A stretch of 64,000 nucleotides of DNA. Origin: an uncultured Chloroflexia bacterium. GTDB lineage: Bacteria; Chloroflexota; Limnocylindria; Limnocylindrales; CSP1-4. Of this stretch, positions 39,464 to 48,688 are shown piece after piece (positions within the stretch are counted from its first letter, which is position 1; every line of letters starts with the position of its first letter). Location: the NCBI GenBank assembly GCA_963767945.1, contig CAVYGH010000011.1, positions 98,896 through 162,895 on the forward strand, read 5' to 3'. A program made the position numbers and the translations under genes. The notes below the pieces were generated by a model that was not told the origin of the DNA, searched no databases, and saw nothing but the letters and a program-made list of their open reading frames with translations.

Positions 39464-40912
39464 GTGTTCAACTTGCCGGAGGCCCGTCTCGCGCGCCGCG
39501 GCGCCCGCGTGGCGACGCGGGTGGCCGCGCTCGACCGGGTCGCGCCCATGGACGCCGCGGAGGCCTTCCGCGACCTGCCGGGCCTCGCGCTGCTCGAGAG
39601 CGCGCGCCCCGGCCGGACCGGCCGCTGGAGCTACCTGGCGGCCGACCCGCTGGCCGTGGTCGACGCCCCGGCCGACGGGCCAGACCCGTTCGCCGAGGCG
39701 AGGTCGATGCTGGCGCGCATGGCGGATCGCGATCGCCCCGACGGCGAGCCCGCCCCGGCGGTGCCCCCGTTCGCCGGCGGGCTCGCCGGGTTCCTCGGCT
39801 ACGACCTCGGCCGGCGGTTCGAGCGGATGCCGTCGATCGCCCGGGTCGACCAGCACCTGCCGGTGCTCCGGCTCGCGCTCCACGACTGGGTGCTCGCCTG
39901 GGACCGGCGCAACGGCGAGGCGTGGCTGGCGGCGCGCGTGGTGGACGGCGATGGGCGGCGGCTCGATCGTCGCCTGGCGGAGGTCGGCGCCCGCATCGGC
40001 GCGCTCGTGCGAGGGGAGGTCGCACGCGCCACCCCGGTGACCGACGACGTGCCCGCGGCGTTCGCCTCGCTCACGCCGCACGACGGCTGGTTGCGGGACG
40101 TCGAGGCGGTCCGCGACGCGATCGGCCGCGGCGAGATCTACCAGGCGAACCTCACCCGCCGGCTGTCCGCCCCGTACGCGGGCGAGCCGTGGCCTGTCTT
40201 CCGGCGCCTCCGGACCGGCGACCCGGCCCTGTTCGCGGGCTTCCTCGATCTCGGTCCCTCGCCCGCCACGGGCACGCCGCGGGCCCTGCTGTCGGCCTCG
40301 CCGGAGCCGTTCCTGTCGGTCGGCGCCGACGGCGTGGTCTCGACCGACCCGATCAAGGGCACGCGCCCGCGCGGACGGACCCGGGAACAGGACCGGGCCC
40401 TCGCCCGCGAGCTGCTGGCCAGCCGCAAGGACCAGGCCGAGAACGTGATGATCGTGGACGTGCTGCGCAACGACCTCGGTCGCGTCTGCGAGCCCGGCTC
40501 CGTGCAGGTTCCGCGTCTCCTGCGACTCGAACGCACGGCCGCCGTCCAGCATCTCGTCACGACGGTGACCGGGCGCCTCCGCTCCGACGCCGATGCCTTC
40601 GACCTGCTGGCGGCCGCGTTCCCCGGGGGCAGCATCACGGGCGCCCCGAAGATCCGGGCGATGGAGCTCATCGAGCGCCTCGAGCCGGTCCGTCGCGGGC
40701 CGTACTGCGGGTCGATGCTGTGGCTGGGCCCCGACGGGCGGATGGGGTCATCGATCCTCATCCGGACCTTCGTCGCCGACGGCGAGCGGCTGACGCTCCA
40801 CGTCGGCGGCGGGATCACCTGGCGCAGCGATCCCGAGGAGGAATGGGACGAGACCGTCGCCAAGGCGCGCGGGCCGCTGTCGTCGATCGGGGCCGTCGAG
40901 GCCGAGGCGTGA
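39464..40912 (+). CDS. pabB: Aminodeoxychorismate synthase component I
   Basis: LLES, GFLGYDL, GEIYQANL, SASPE, PIKGTRPR, ENVMIVD..RNDL, FPGGSITGAPK, SSILIRT. Confidence 0.88.
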   Translation: MFNLPEARLARRGARVATRVAALDRVAPMDAAEAFRDLPGLALLESARPGRTGRWSYLAADPLAVVDAPADGPDPFAEARSMLARMADRDRPDGEPAPAVPPFAGGLAGFLGYDLGRRFERMPSIARVDQHLPVLRLALHDWVLAWDRRNGEAWLAARVVDGDGRRLDRRLAEVGARIGALVRGEVARATPVTDDVPAAFASLTPHDGWLRDVEAVRDAIGRGEIYQANLTRRLSAPYAGEPWPVFRRLRTGDPALFAGFLDLGPSPATGTPRALLSASPEPFLSVGADGVVSTDPIKGTRPRGRTREQDRALARELLASRKDQAENVMIVDVLRNDLGRVCEPGSVQVPRLLRLERTAAVQHLVTTVTGRLRSDADAFDLLAAAFPGGSITGAPKIRAMELIERLEPVRRGPYCGSMLWLGPDGRMGSSILIRTFVADGERLTLHVGGGITWRSDPEEEWDETVAKARGPLSSIGAVEAEA

Positions 40913-41820
40913 CGGCCGGCGGCGGGCCGGGCCACGTCTGGGTGAACGGCGCGCTGCTCGCGGCCGATGAGCCGCACCTCTCGGCGTTCGACCGCGGCTT
41001 CCAGCTCGGCGACGGCATCTTCGAGACGCTCCGCGTGCGCGGCGGCCACGTCACCGAGCTCGCGGAGCACGTCGCCCGGCTGCGGGGCTCGGCCGATGGG
41101 CTGGGCATCGAGCTGCCCGACGCCCTCGAGCGGATGGTCCCCGCCGCCATCGCGGAGCTGCTCGCGGCGGAGGGCCTGGGCGGCCCTGACGGGGACGCCT
41201 CGGTCCGGATCACCGTCTCGCGCGGGTCGTGGGCGTCGCGGGGACTGCTGCCGCCGCGGAACGAGCGGCTGCAGGCGACGATCGTGATCCAGGCCTGGCC
41301 CGTCGTGCCGCCGCCCGCGGACCACCTCGAGCGTGGCCTGTCGCTGGTGGCCTCGTCCGTGCGCCGCGATCCCCGGAACCCGATCGTGACGCTCAAGACC
41401 ACGAGCCGCGCGGACTACGTCTTCGCCCGCCTCGAGGCCCGCGGCGAGGGCGCCGACGACGCCCTGTTCCTCACGCTGTCGGGCACCCTGTCGGAGTCGA
41501 CGACCGCCAACCTGTTCCTCGTCCGACGGGCGGCCGACGGGGTCACCGAGCTGGCGACGCCGTCGCTCGACTGCGCGATCCTCCCGGGCACGACCCGGTC
41601 GTGGCTGCTCCGCTGGGCCGATGGCGCCGGCCTCCGGGCCGTCGAGGCGTGGCTGACGCCCGACGACCTCGCCGGTGCCGACGAGGCGTTCCTCTGCTCC
41701 TCGGTCGCCGGCGTGCTGCCGGTCACCCGCTTCGGCGGCCGCCCGATCGGCGGCGGCGTGCCGGGTCCATGGACGCTGCGCGCGCGGGCCGACCGGGAGG
41801 CGTTCATCGCGGACGGCTGA
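40909..41820 (+). CDS. pabC: Class IV aminotransferase / aminodeoxychorismate lyase
   Basis: DRGFQLGDGIFET, H.ARL, RITVSRG, LKTTS, ESTTANLF, ILPGTTR, DEAFLCSS; coupled to pabB. Confidence 0.8.
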   Translation: MTAGGGPGHVWVNGALLAADEPHLSAFDRGFQLGDGIFETLRVRGGHVTELAEHVARLRGSADGLGIELPDALERMVPAAIAELLAAEGLGGPDGDASVRITVSRGSWASRGLLPPRNERLQATIVIQAWPVVPPPADHLERGLSLVASSVRRDPRNPIVTLKTTSRADYVFARLEARGEGADDALFLTLSGTLSESTTANLFLVRRAADGVTELATPSLDCAILPGTTRSWLLRWADGAGLRAVEAWLTPDDLAGADEAFLCSSVAGVLPVTRFGGRPIGGGVPGPWTLRARADREAFIADG

Positions 41821-41845
41821 TCCGGCGTGGGCAGCGTGATCCCGC

Positions 41846-42454
41846 TCAGGTCGCCGCGTCGGCCGAGCGGGCGGTGCCGGTGAGCTGCGGCAGGCGCCGG
41901 CCCGCGGCACAGGCCTCGACGAGCTGCTGCAATCGCCGCTCCCGGGTCTCGGGGCGCTTCGCGCTCATGACCCAGGTCGTCCCGAGCCGGCGGTAGCCCC
42001 TGGGCTGCGCCTCCCAGAACGCCCAACCGTCCGCGTCGGCTCGCAGGGCCGCTTCGGCCGCATCGTCGAACGCCCAGCTCCCGTCGAACGAGTAGATCGC
42101 GGTCCGGTCCTCGCGCCGGGCGGTGAACGCCGCCTCGCCCGCGGGCCGCATCCGGCCCTCGGCACGCAGCGCCTCGACCCGCGCCACGTTCCGGGCGCTC
42201 CAGTTGCTCCCCGTCCGGCGCGGCGTGATCCGCTGCGCCGAGCCGCCGTCCACCCGCTTGCGGATGCCGTCGATCCAGCCGACGCACAGCACCTCGTCGA
42301 CGATCTCCTCCCACGTCACCGACGGCAGCCCGGTGGCCTTCGGACGCGTGCCGACCCACTTCTCGGGTGCCGTCGCGTGGTGCTCGGCGAGCCAGTCCCG
42401 GAGCTCGCCCGCAGACTCGAACCAGCCGATGTCGTGCGGCGTCAGGTCGACCAT
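41846..42454 (-). CDS. YdeI/OmpD-associated family protein
   Basis: LRDWLAEHH, LCVGWIDG, TPRR.GSNWS..N, AKRPETRERR. Confidence 0.88.
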   Translation of the reverse strand: MVDLTPHDIGWFESAGELRDWLAEHHATAPEKWVGTRPKATGLPSVTWEEIVDEVLCVGWIDGIRKRVDGGSAQRITPRRTGSNWSARNVARVEALRAEGRMRPAGEAAFTARREDRTAIYSFDGSWAFDDAAEAALRADADGWAFWEAQPRGYRRLGTTWVMSAKRPETRERRLQQLVEACAAGRRLPQLTGTARSADAAT

Positions 42455-42506
42455 GCCGACAGGCTACCGTCCGGCCGGCGGACCGGGCCTCGGTAGACTC
42501 GGACGC

Positions 42507-43067
42507 GTGACGCGCGACGAGCTGATCCTCCGCACCCGCCAGCTGATCGCCGAGGGCGACCGCCTCCGCGCCCAGCCGTCGCTCACGGCGCTCCAGACCT
42601 GGCTGCAGCTCTCGGACGACCTGCTGGCGACCGCGTGGGGGACGATGGACCGCTATCACCTCGCGTGGCTCATGGTCGGCAAGCCGAAGGGCCTCGTCCG
42701 GGGCCGGGAGATGACCGCCGAGGAGGAGGCGGCCTACGTCCGCGAGGTGGCGGACCAGAAGACGGCGGCGCTGCGGATGAGCCTCGACGCCGTGGAACGC
42801 CAGGGCATGCCCTTCCGGGGCGAGACCGGTGGGGTCGGAGCCGGGCAGGGGATGGGCGAGGTCCCGGCCGCCGACGCAGCCGAGGCCGCCGACGACGACG
42901 CGGCCGGCGCTGCCCGGGCCCAGATCGCCCAGACCACCCGCCGGTCGATCCCGCTCGACCCGGAGATGCAGCGCCGGCTCGAGGAGGCGCGTCGGGCGGC
43001 GGCCGATCACGACGCCCACGAGCCGGGCAGCCGTCAGGCCCCACGCAACACCCGGCTCGAGCGTTGA
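42507..43067 (+). CDS. Hypothetical protein
   Basis: GC3-rich ORF from GTG 7 nt after TAGACT; TTGA overlap with next gene. Confidence 0.7.
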   Translation: MTRDELILRTRQLIAEGDRLRAQPSLTALQTWLQLSDDLLATAWGTMDRYHLAWLMVGKPKGLVRGREMTAEEEAAYVREVADQKTAALRMSLDAVERQGMPFRGETGGVGAGQGMGEVPAADAAEAADDDAAGAARAQIAQTTRRSIPLDPEMQRRLEEARRAAADHDAHEPGSRQAPRNTRLER

Positions 43068-44392
43068 CCCGCGCCCGCGTCCCGGCGGTCGGGGGCCAGC
43101 GCGACGTCCCGGCGCCGGACCCCGTCGCGCGCGACTACCTCCTGCTCGGGCTCCGGCTCGACCAGCATCTGCCGGGGACCGTCGACGGCTTCTACGGCCC
43201 GGCCGAGCTCAAGGCCCGGGTGGACATGGAGCCGCTCCGCAAGCCGGCCAGGCTGGCCGACGATGCGGTCGAGCTGCGTGCGCGCCTCGGGACCGAGGTC
43301 GCCGAGCCCGAGCGACGATCGTGGCTGGATCTCCAGCTCGTGGCACTCGAGACGCTCGCGCGGGTCGCGGCCGGCGAGCCGATCCCGTACCTGGAGCAGG
43401 TGGAGCGGTGCCTGACCCTGCGTCCGGAGCGGCGGCCCGATTCGCAGTTCGACGAGGCGATTCGCGAGCTCGACGCGCTGCTCCCCGGAAACGGGAGCCT
43501 CGCCGACCGGCTCGCGGCCAATGACGCCGAGTGGACCGTGCCCCCGGAACACGTCGGGGCGGTCGTCGAGCTCCTCGTCGCCCGGTGTCGCGAGCGCGCC
43601 GCCCGCCTGTACGACCTGCCGGAGGGCGAGGCGCTGCACGTCTCGCTCGTCCGCGGCCAGCCCTGGACGGGCTACAACTGGTACGACGGCGGCTACCGGT
43701 CGCGCTTCGACCTCAACCTGGACCTCCCGGTGCGCCTGCCGGCCCTCCTCGGCGTCGTCGCGCACGAGACCTACCCGGGTCACCACCTCGAGCACGCGAC
43801 CAAGGAGCGGGTGCTGGTCGAGGAGCACGGGCAGCTCGAGGCGTCGATCGTGCTGATCAACACTCCCGAGTGCCTGCTGTCCGAAGGCCTGGCCAACGTC
43901 GGCGTCCGCATCGCCGTCCACCCGGCGGAGGTGCCCGACCTGCTCGTCGAGCTGGCGCCGATCGCCGGGCTGGCGCTGGCCGACGATCCCGAGGCCCTGC
44001 GGGACGCGGCCGCCCGCCAGGGCGCGATCGCCGACCGGCGAGCGACGCTGGGCGAGGCGCGGATCAACGCCGCCCTCCAGGTCCACGTCGACGGGGCGCC
44101 GCCCGAGCAGGTCGTCGACTACCTGGTGGACGTCGGCGGGCTCAGCCCGGCGAGCGCGGCCAAGCGGCTCGAGTTCATCGGCCATCCGCTGTGGCGCCTG
44201 TACGACTACGTCTACACGGAGGGCGTCGCGCTGCTGGACCCGTGGCTGGACGCCGTCCCGCCCGCCGAGCGCGACGCGCGATTCGGGCGCCTGCTGCGCG
44301 AGCCGCTCACGCCGCCGGCCATCCGCGCCGAGACCGCGACAGCGCGGGCTCGCGGCGGAGGCGAGCGGGCGCTCGACGCCGGCCGGGTCTGA
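43064..44392 (+). CDS. DUF885-like putative metallopeptidase
   Basis: YL.LGLRLD..VDGFYGP, WTGYNWYDG, AHETYPGHHLEH, LLSEGLAN. Confidence 0.7.
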   Translation: MTRARVPAVGGQRDVPAPDPVARDYLLLGLRLDQHLPGTVDGFYGPAELKARVDMEPLRKPARLADDAVELRARLGTEVAEPERRSWLDLQLVALETLARVAAGEPIPYLEQVERCLTLRPERRPDSQFDEAIRELDALLPGNGSLADRLAANDAEWTVPPEHVGAVVELLVARCRERAARLYDLPEGEALHVSLVRGQPWTGYNWYDGGYRSRFDLNLDLPVRLPALLGVVAHETYPGHHLEHATKERVLVEEHGQLEASIVLINTPECLLSEGLANVGVRIAVHPAEVPDLLVELAPIAGLALADDPEALRDAAARQGAIADRRATLGEARINAALQVHVDGAPPEQVVDYLVDVGGLSPASAAKRLEFIGHPLWRLYDYVYTEGVALLDPWLDAVPPAERDARFGRLLREPLTPPAIRAETATARARGGGERALDAGRV

Positions 44393-44403
44393 CCGGTTCG
44401 GAC

Positions 44404-44868
44404 TCAGCTCCCCGAGGGCTGGGCGATCCGGAACGACTGGGTGACGGTCCCGCCGCCCACCGGCGACACGTAGCAGATCATCTCGCGGTCGCCCGAGCCC
44501 CAGTTCTCCTCGAGCGGGTAGAAGTACCCGATGTCGATGTCCTGGCGGCTGTCGAAGGGCGCCCCGACGTAGCCGGCGAACGCCGTGTCGACGCACTCCT
44601 GCTTCACCCACAGGTCGAACTCGTCGACGGTCGGGTACGTGCTGCCCGCCGGATAGTCGTGGACGACGATCACCTCGCCGTCGTGGGCCTCGGTGCACGG
44701 GGCGTGCTGGACGTCGCTGATCGAATCCCCATTGGGGACATGGAAGCAGTCGCCGACCTGCAGGTCGCCCGCGTTCGCGCTCAGCCGATCGCGGAAGATC
44801 AGCCCGACCACGGCGATCCCGCCGACCAGCAGGAGGGTCACGAGGATCCCCCGGATGTTGCGTGCCAT
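44404..44868 (-). CDS. Septum formation family membrane-anchored protein
   Basis: N-terminal TM, LQVGDCF, PCTEAHDGEV, YP..ENW..GDREMICY. Confidence 0.8.
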   Translation of the reverse strand: MARNIRGILVTLLLVGGIAVVGLIFRDRLSANAGDLQVGDCFHVPNGDSISDVQHAPCTEAHDGEVIVVHDYPAGSTYPTVDEFDLWVKQECVDTAFAGYVGAPFDSRQDIDIGYFYPLEENWGSGDREMICYVSPVGGGTVTQSFRIAQPSGS

Positions 44869-44963
44869 GCCGGGAGTTTCGCCCGAGACGCCGCCGTCGA
44901 GGAAGTCCCAGGGCGACAGGACCTTCTGGCCACCGGGCACCGTCGCGTCCGGCCGGGGCGACC

Positions 44964-45458
44964 TCAGTGGGCGCGAAGCCAGGCGACGATGGTGGCGACG
45001 ACGATGTTGAGCCAGGCCGTGGCGCCGAAGCGCTCGTCGAGGTAGGCGATCGGGTCCATCGTCCCGCCCTCAACCCGCGACCACGCCCACAGCAGGCCGA
45101 ACCCGAGGACGATCGACCCCGCGGCGAGGCCGGCCGACCACGCCCCCATCCGCCGACGGCCGCCGCGCGGCACGCCGCCCACGATCAGGGCGATCCCGAT
45201 CGCCCAGCCGATGAACCCCGACACCGCGAGCAGCCCCGCGCCGATGTCGAACGATCCGAGCACGGCGATGAGCACGGCCCCGCCGACGGCGACCAGGAAC
45301 GGTGAGGCGGCACGGATCGCCGACGAGGGACCGCGTGGGGCCGGCGCGGCGCTCGGCGCCCCCGGCAGGCCGGGTCGGGCCCGGTAGCGTTCGCCCGGCG
45401 CCCGATCGAGCTGCCCGGGCCGGGTCGGTGGCGGCGCCTGGCCCTGCTCGTCGCTCAT
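44964..45458 (-). CDS. Hypothetical membrane protein
   Basis: LDRAPGERY N-terminus then ~4 TM segments; TACGAT 6 nt upstream of ATG. Confidence 0.7.
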   Translation of the reverse strand: MSDEQGQAPPPTRPGQLDRAPGERYRARPGLPGAPSAAPAPRGPSSAIRAASPFLVAVGGAVLIAVLGSFDIGAGLLAVSGFIGWAIGIALIVGGVPRGGRRRMGAWSAGLAAGSIVLGFGLLWAWSRVEGGTMDPIAYLDERFGATAWLNIVVATIVAWLRAH

Positions 45459-45504
45459 CGCCCGATCGTACGCGCCCCAGGTCGGGACGGTATCCTCTTC
45501 CACC

Positions 45505-45987
45505 GTGACCCACCCCTCCCTCGGCCTGCCCCCGCCCAGCCTGACGGCCGGCTTCCCCGAGGCCGCGACGCGCCTCCGGGCGCAGTCCCGGCGCCTCGCC
45601 ACCCGGGCGCTCGAGGTCGCGACGCACGGCGATCCGACGTACGCCGACCGGATCGGCGACTCGGGCATGCGCAACCTGCACCAGGACGCGATGGCGTTCA
45701 TCGATCGCCTCGCGCTCTCGGTCGCCGGCGACGACCCCAGCTGGCTGCGCGAGTTCGCGGACCAGACGGCGACGGTCTACCGCCGGCGGGGCGTCTCGCT
45801 GGACGACGTGATCAAGCTGTTCGAGGGCATCCGCGCCAGCATCCGGGGCGTCATCGACGCGCGCGAGCTCGTGCCCGCCGACGCGGCGCTGGACGCGGCG
45901 ATCGAGGTCTACCGGTTCCACCGGCGCCTGGCCGGCGACGCCCGCAAGCGCAACCCGATCCTGGCCGCGATCTACAAGGGCGGGTGA
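45505..45987 (+). CDS. Hypothetical all-helical protein, globin/phycobiliprotein-like
   Basis: QDAMAFIDRLALSVAGDDP..L......VYRRRGVSLDDV pattern; fold is an inference. Confidence 0.7.
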   Translation: MTHPSLGLPPPSLTAGFPEAATRLRAQSRRLATRALEVATHGDPTYADRIGDSGMRNLHQDAMAFIDRLALSVAGDDPSWLREFADQTATVYRRRGVSLDDVIKLFEGIRASIRGVIDARELVPADAALDAAIEVYRFHRRLAGDARKRNPILAAIYKGG

Positions 45988-45994
45988 GCGCGCC

Positions 45995-46321
45995 ATGACC
46001 ATCAAGTGGGTCAATATCGATCCGCTGGTGATGAACGGCGAGCCGTTCTGCTACGGCACGCGCCTCACCGTCCGCCAGGTCCTGGAGCTGCGCGCGAACG
46101 GCTACACGGTCGTCGAGCTGCTCAAGGACCACCCCGAGCTGCGCCTGGTCGGGATCGCCGAGGCGTACGCGTATGCCGCGGCGAACCGGTCCCGCTACCC
46201 GGACTTCTTCGCGGCCGACGGCTCGCTCGAGGGACCGGGGTTCACCGCCGACGAGGCCGCTGCCCTGCCCGACCGCCTCCGCCTCCCGGGCATCGTCGTG
46301 CAGGGCGCCGCCACGGCCTGA
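45995..46321 (+). CDS. DUF433 domain protein
   Basis: IDPLVMNGEPFCYGTRLTVRQVLE...G.TV.ELL.DHPEL. Confidence 0.85.
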   Translation: MTIKWVNIDPLVMNGEPFCYGTRLTVRQVLELRANGYTVVELLKDHPELRLVGIAEAYAYAAANRSRYPDFFAADGSLEGPGFTADEAAALPDRLRLPGIVVQGAATA

Positions 46322-46344
46322 CCGCCCGGCCGCCCGCCGGGGCG

Positions 46345-46833
46345 CTACTCGAAGGGGCGATCGGGCGGCCAGCTCGGCCCGCACACGACCACGTCGGCCG
46401 ACCGCTCCGTGCCGTCTGCGTCGCGCAGCAGGTACGAGTGGTGGATCTCGAGCATCCCCGACGCGAGCGTCGAGCCCACCGAGCAGTACTTCGTCGCCGA
46501 CAGCTCCACCGACCGGCGGACCGCCTCCGGGTCGATGCCCGTGCCGTCCACGATGTGGACGACGTCGAAGCGGGTGAACGCGTGCGGCCGCTCGCGCATC
46601 TGGTGACCCTCGACCCGGATCTCGTAGCCCGAGACGGCCTGGCGCTTCTTGCGCAGGATCGAGATCACGTCCATCGCGGTGCACGCCGCCAGCGCCACGC
46701 CCAGCAGCTCCGCGGGCCGTGCGCCGGAGTCGCGCGCCGAATCGTCGAGCACGAGCGTGTGGCCGCTGCCCACGGTCGCCTCGAACTGGAGGCCGTCGTC
46801 GGTCAGGCGCAGGTGCGCCGTCTTGGTGCCCAT
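46345..46833 (-). CDS. OsmC family protein
   Basis: GSGH..LD, RPAELL..LAACTAMDV, VELSATKYCSV. Confidence 0.9.
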   Translation of the reverse strand: MGTKTAHLRLTDDGLQFEATVGSGHTLVLDDSARDSGARPAELLGVALAACTAMDVISILRKKRQAVSGYEIRVEGHQMRERPHAFTRFDVVHIVDGTGIDPEAVRRSVELSATKYCSVGSTLASGMLEIHHSYLLRDADGTERSADVVVCGPSWPPDRPFE

Positions 46834-46876
46834 CGGCCCCATCGTGCGGCCCGATGGCAGGGCGGCGCAAACGGCT

Positions 46877-46901
46877 ATTTCCGAGCGTGGTGCTAGGATT
46901 T
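46877..46901. promoter_or_regulatory. Rrf2/IscR-like 25-bp operator (copy 2)
   Basis: ATTTCCGAGCGTGGTGCTAGGATTT overlapping -10 TAGGAT of the DUF59 gene. Confidence 0.6.
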
Positions 46902-46908
46902 CTCGACG

Positions 46909-47238
46909 ATGACCGATACGCAGGACGCTCCCGCGACCGAAGCCGCGCCGTTCGACGCGCAGCGGCGCGCCACCGAGCTCGCGATCCTCGACGCGCTGCG
47001 CGCCGTCGTGGACCCCGAGATCGGCATGAACGTCGTGGAGCTGGCGCTGATCAAGCAGATCATCCTCGGCCCCGATTCGACCGAGATCAAGATGATCCTC
47101 ACCACCCCGTTCTGCCCCTACGCCGGCGCGATGATCCAGCAGGTGACCGAGCAGGCCGAGAGCGTGGTCGATCATCCGGTCAAGGTCACGCTGCTGGCCG
47201 AGCGCTGGGACCCGCGCGACGCGGGCCTGATGTGGTGA
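46909..47238 (+). CDS. Metal-sulfur cluster assembly factor (DUF59/SufT/PaaD-like)
   Basis: ALRAVVDPEIGMNVVELALI, MILTTPFCP. Confidence 0.9.
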   Translation: MTDTQDAPATEAAPFDAQRRATELAILDALRAVVDPEIGMNVVELALIKQIILGPDSTEIKMILTTPFCPYAGAMIQQVTEQAESVVDHPVKVTLLAERWDPRDAGLMW

Positions 47239-47251
47239 GCGCCGATCGCGA

Positions 47252-47923
47252 ATGACGCGCTCGACCCTCTCGTTCGACAGCGCCGTGGCGACGGGGCGCG
47301 GCGACGACGGCACGACCGGGCTCCTGTTCGGCGGCGATCGCGTGCGCAAGGACGACCTGCGGACCGAGGCCTACGGCACGGTCGATGAGGCCGTCGCCTG
47401 CCTCGGCGTCGCCCGCGCCGACCTGGGCGTGCGGGCGCAGCTCGGCGTGCTGTCCGCGAACTTCGGCAGCCTGTCCGACGTGATCCTGCGGCTGCAGCGC
47501 GAGCTGTTCACCGTGGGCGCCGAGCTGGCCACCAACCCCGACAACCGCGACCGCCAGCAGGACGGCGCCACGCGCGTGTCGCGCGAGATGGTCGACGGGC
47601 TTGACGCGCTGGTGCGCGAGACCGAGGCCGCGATCGAGCTGCCGCGCGAGTTCGTGGTGCCCGGCGAGACGCGCGTCAGCGCCTCCCTCGAGGTGGCCCG
47701 GACCGCGGTCCGCCGCGCCGAGCGCCGGACCGTCAGCCTCGCCGCCACCGACGCCGCGATCGCCGACGGCCTCGTCCTCCCCTACCTGAACCGTCTCGCC
47801 GACCTGCTCTGGATCCTCGCCCGCGTGGCCGAGCAGGCTGAGGCAAAACCGTCCACCATGGCGCGGGCCTCGAAGGCACGCGGCCGATCGAACGCGGCAG
47901 CGCCCCAAAGGAGCGAATCGTGA
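47252..47923 (+). CDS. PduO-type cob(I)alamin adenosyltransferase
   Basis: TGRGDDGTT.L, AYGTVDE, FVVPG, ARTAVRRAER, YLNRLADLLW..AR. Confidence 0.92.
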   Translation: MTRSTLSFDSAVATGRGDDGTTGLLFGGDRVRKDDLRTEAYGTVDEAVACLGVARADLGVRAQLGVLSANFGSLSDVILRLQRELFTVGAELATNPDNRDRQQDGATRVSREMVDGLDALVRETEAAIELPREFVVPGETRVSASLEVARTAVRRAERRTVSLAATDAAIADGLVLPYLNRLADLLWILARVAEQAEAKPSTMARASKARGRSNAAAPQRSES

Positions 47924-48654
47924 CCGATCAGACGACCACCCGACCCCCGCTGCCCCCGTCGCAGGCGCCGCTGTCGCCGTCGCAGCTCGGCGTCCGGCCG
48001 GCGCCGGCGCTCGTCCAGCAGCTGCTCCTCGGCGCCTTCGGCTGGATGTTCGCCGGCCTCCTGCTGACGGCCGGCATCGCCTACCTCGTCGGCGGCAACC
48101 AGCAGATCATCGACACCGTCGGCCAGTACTGGTTCCTGATCGCGATCGGCCAGTTCGCCCTGGCGATCGGCATCCAGGGCGCGATCAACCGGATCTCGCC
48201 CACCGCGAGCCTGGGGCTGTTCTTCGTCTACGCCGCGTCGATGGGCTTCACCATCGCGCTGATCGTCAGCTTCTACACGACCGCGTCCGTCGCGTCGGCG
48301 TTCTTCTCCGCGGCGGCGATGTTCGGGGCGGCGGCGGTCTACGGCGCCGTCACCAAGCGCGAGCTCGCGAAGCTCGGCGGCATCCTGTTCATGGGCCTGA
48401 TCGGGATCCTCGTCGCGTCGGTCGTGAACATCTTCCTCGGCTCGGGACCCGTCGGGTGGGTGATCGCGGTCATCGGCGTCGTGCTGTTCACCGCCCTCAC
48501 CGCGTACGACGTCCAGCGCATCACGCGCGGCGACTACGCGGCGTTCGCGGGCTCGATCGAGCGGGCCTCGATCATCGCGGCGCTCCACCTGTACCTGGAC
48601 TTCATCAACCTGTTCCTGTTCCTGCTCCGCATCTTCGGGGCGGGCCGGAACTAG
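47920..48654 (+). CDS. Bax inhibitor-1/YccA family membrane protein
   Basis: WMFAGL..TA, YGAVTKREL, LTAYDVQ, ALHLYLDFINLFLFLL. Confidence 0.92.
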   Translation: MTDQTTTRPPLPPSQAPLSPSQLGVRPAPALVQQLLLGAFGWMFAGLLLTAGIAYLVGGNQQIIDTVGQYWFLIAIGQFALAIGIQGAINRISPTASLGLFFVYAASMGFTIALIVSFYTTASVASAFFSAAAMFGAAAVYGAVTKRELAKLGGILFMGLIGILVASVVNIFLGSGPVGWVIAVIGVVLFTALTAYDVQRITRGDYAAFAGSIERASIIAALHLYLDFINLFLFLLRIFGAGRN

Positions 48655-48688
48655 GCAGGCCGCCGGCCAAGGCCGGCAGCGGGACGCC

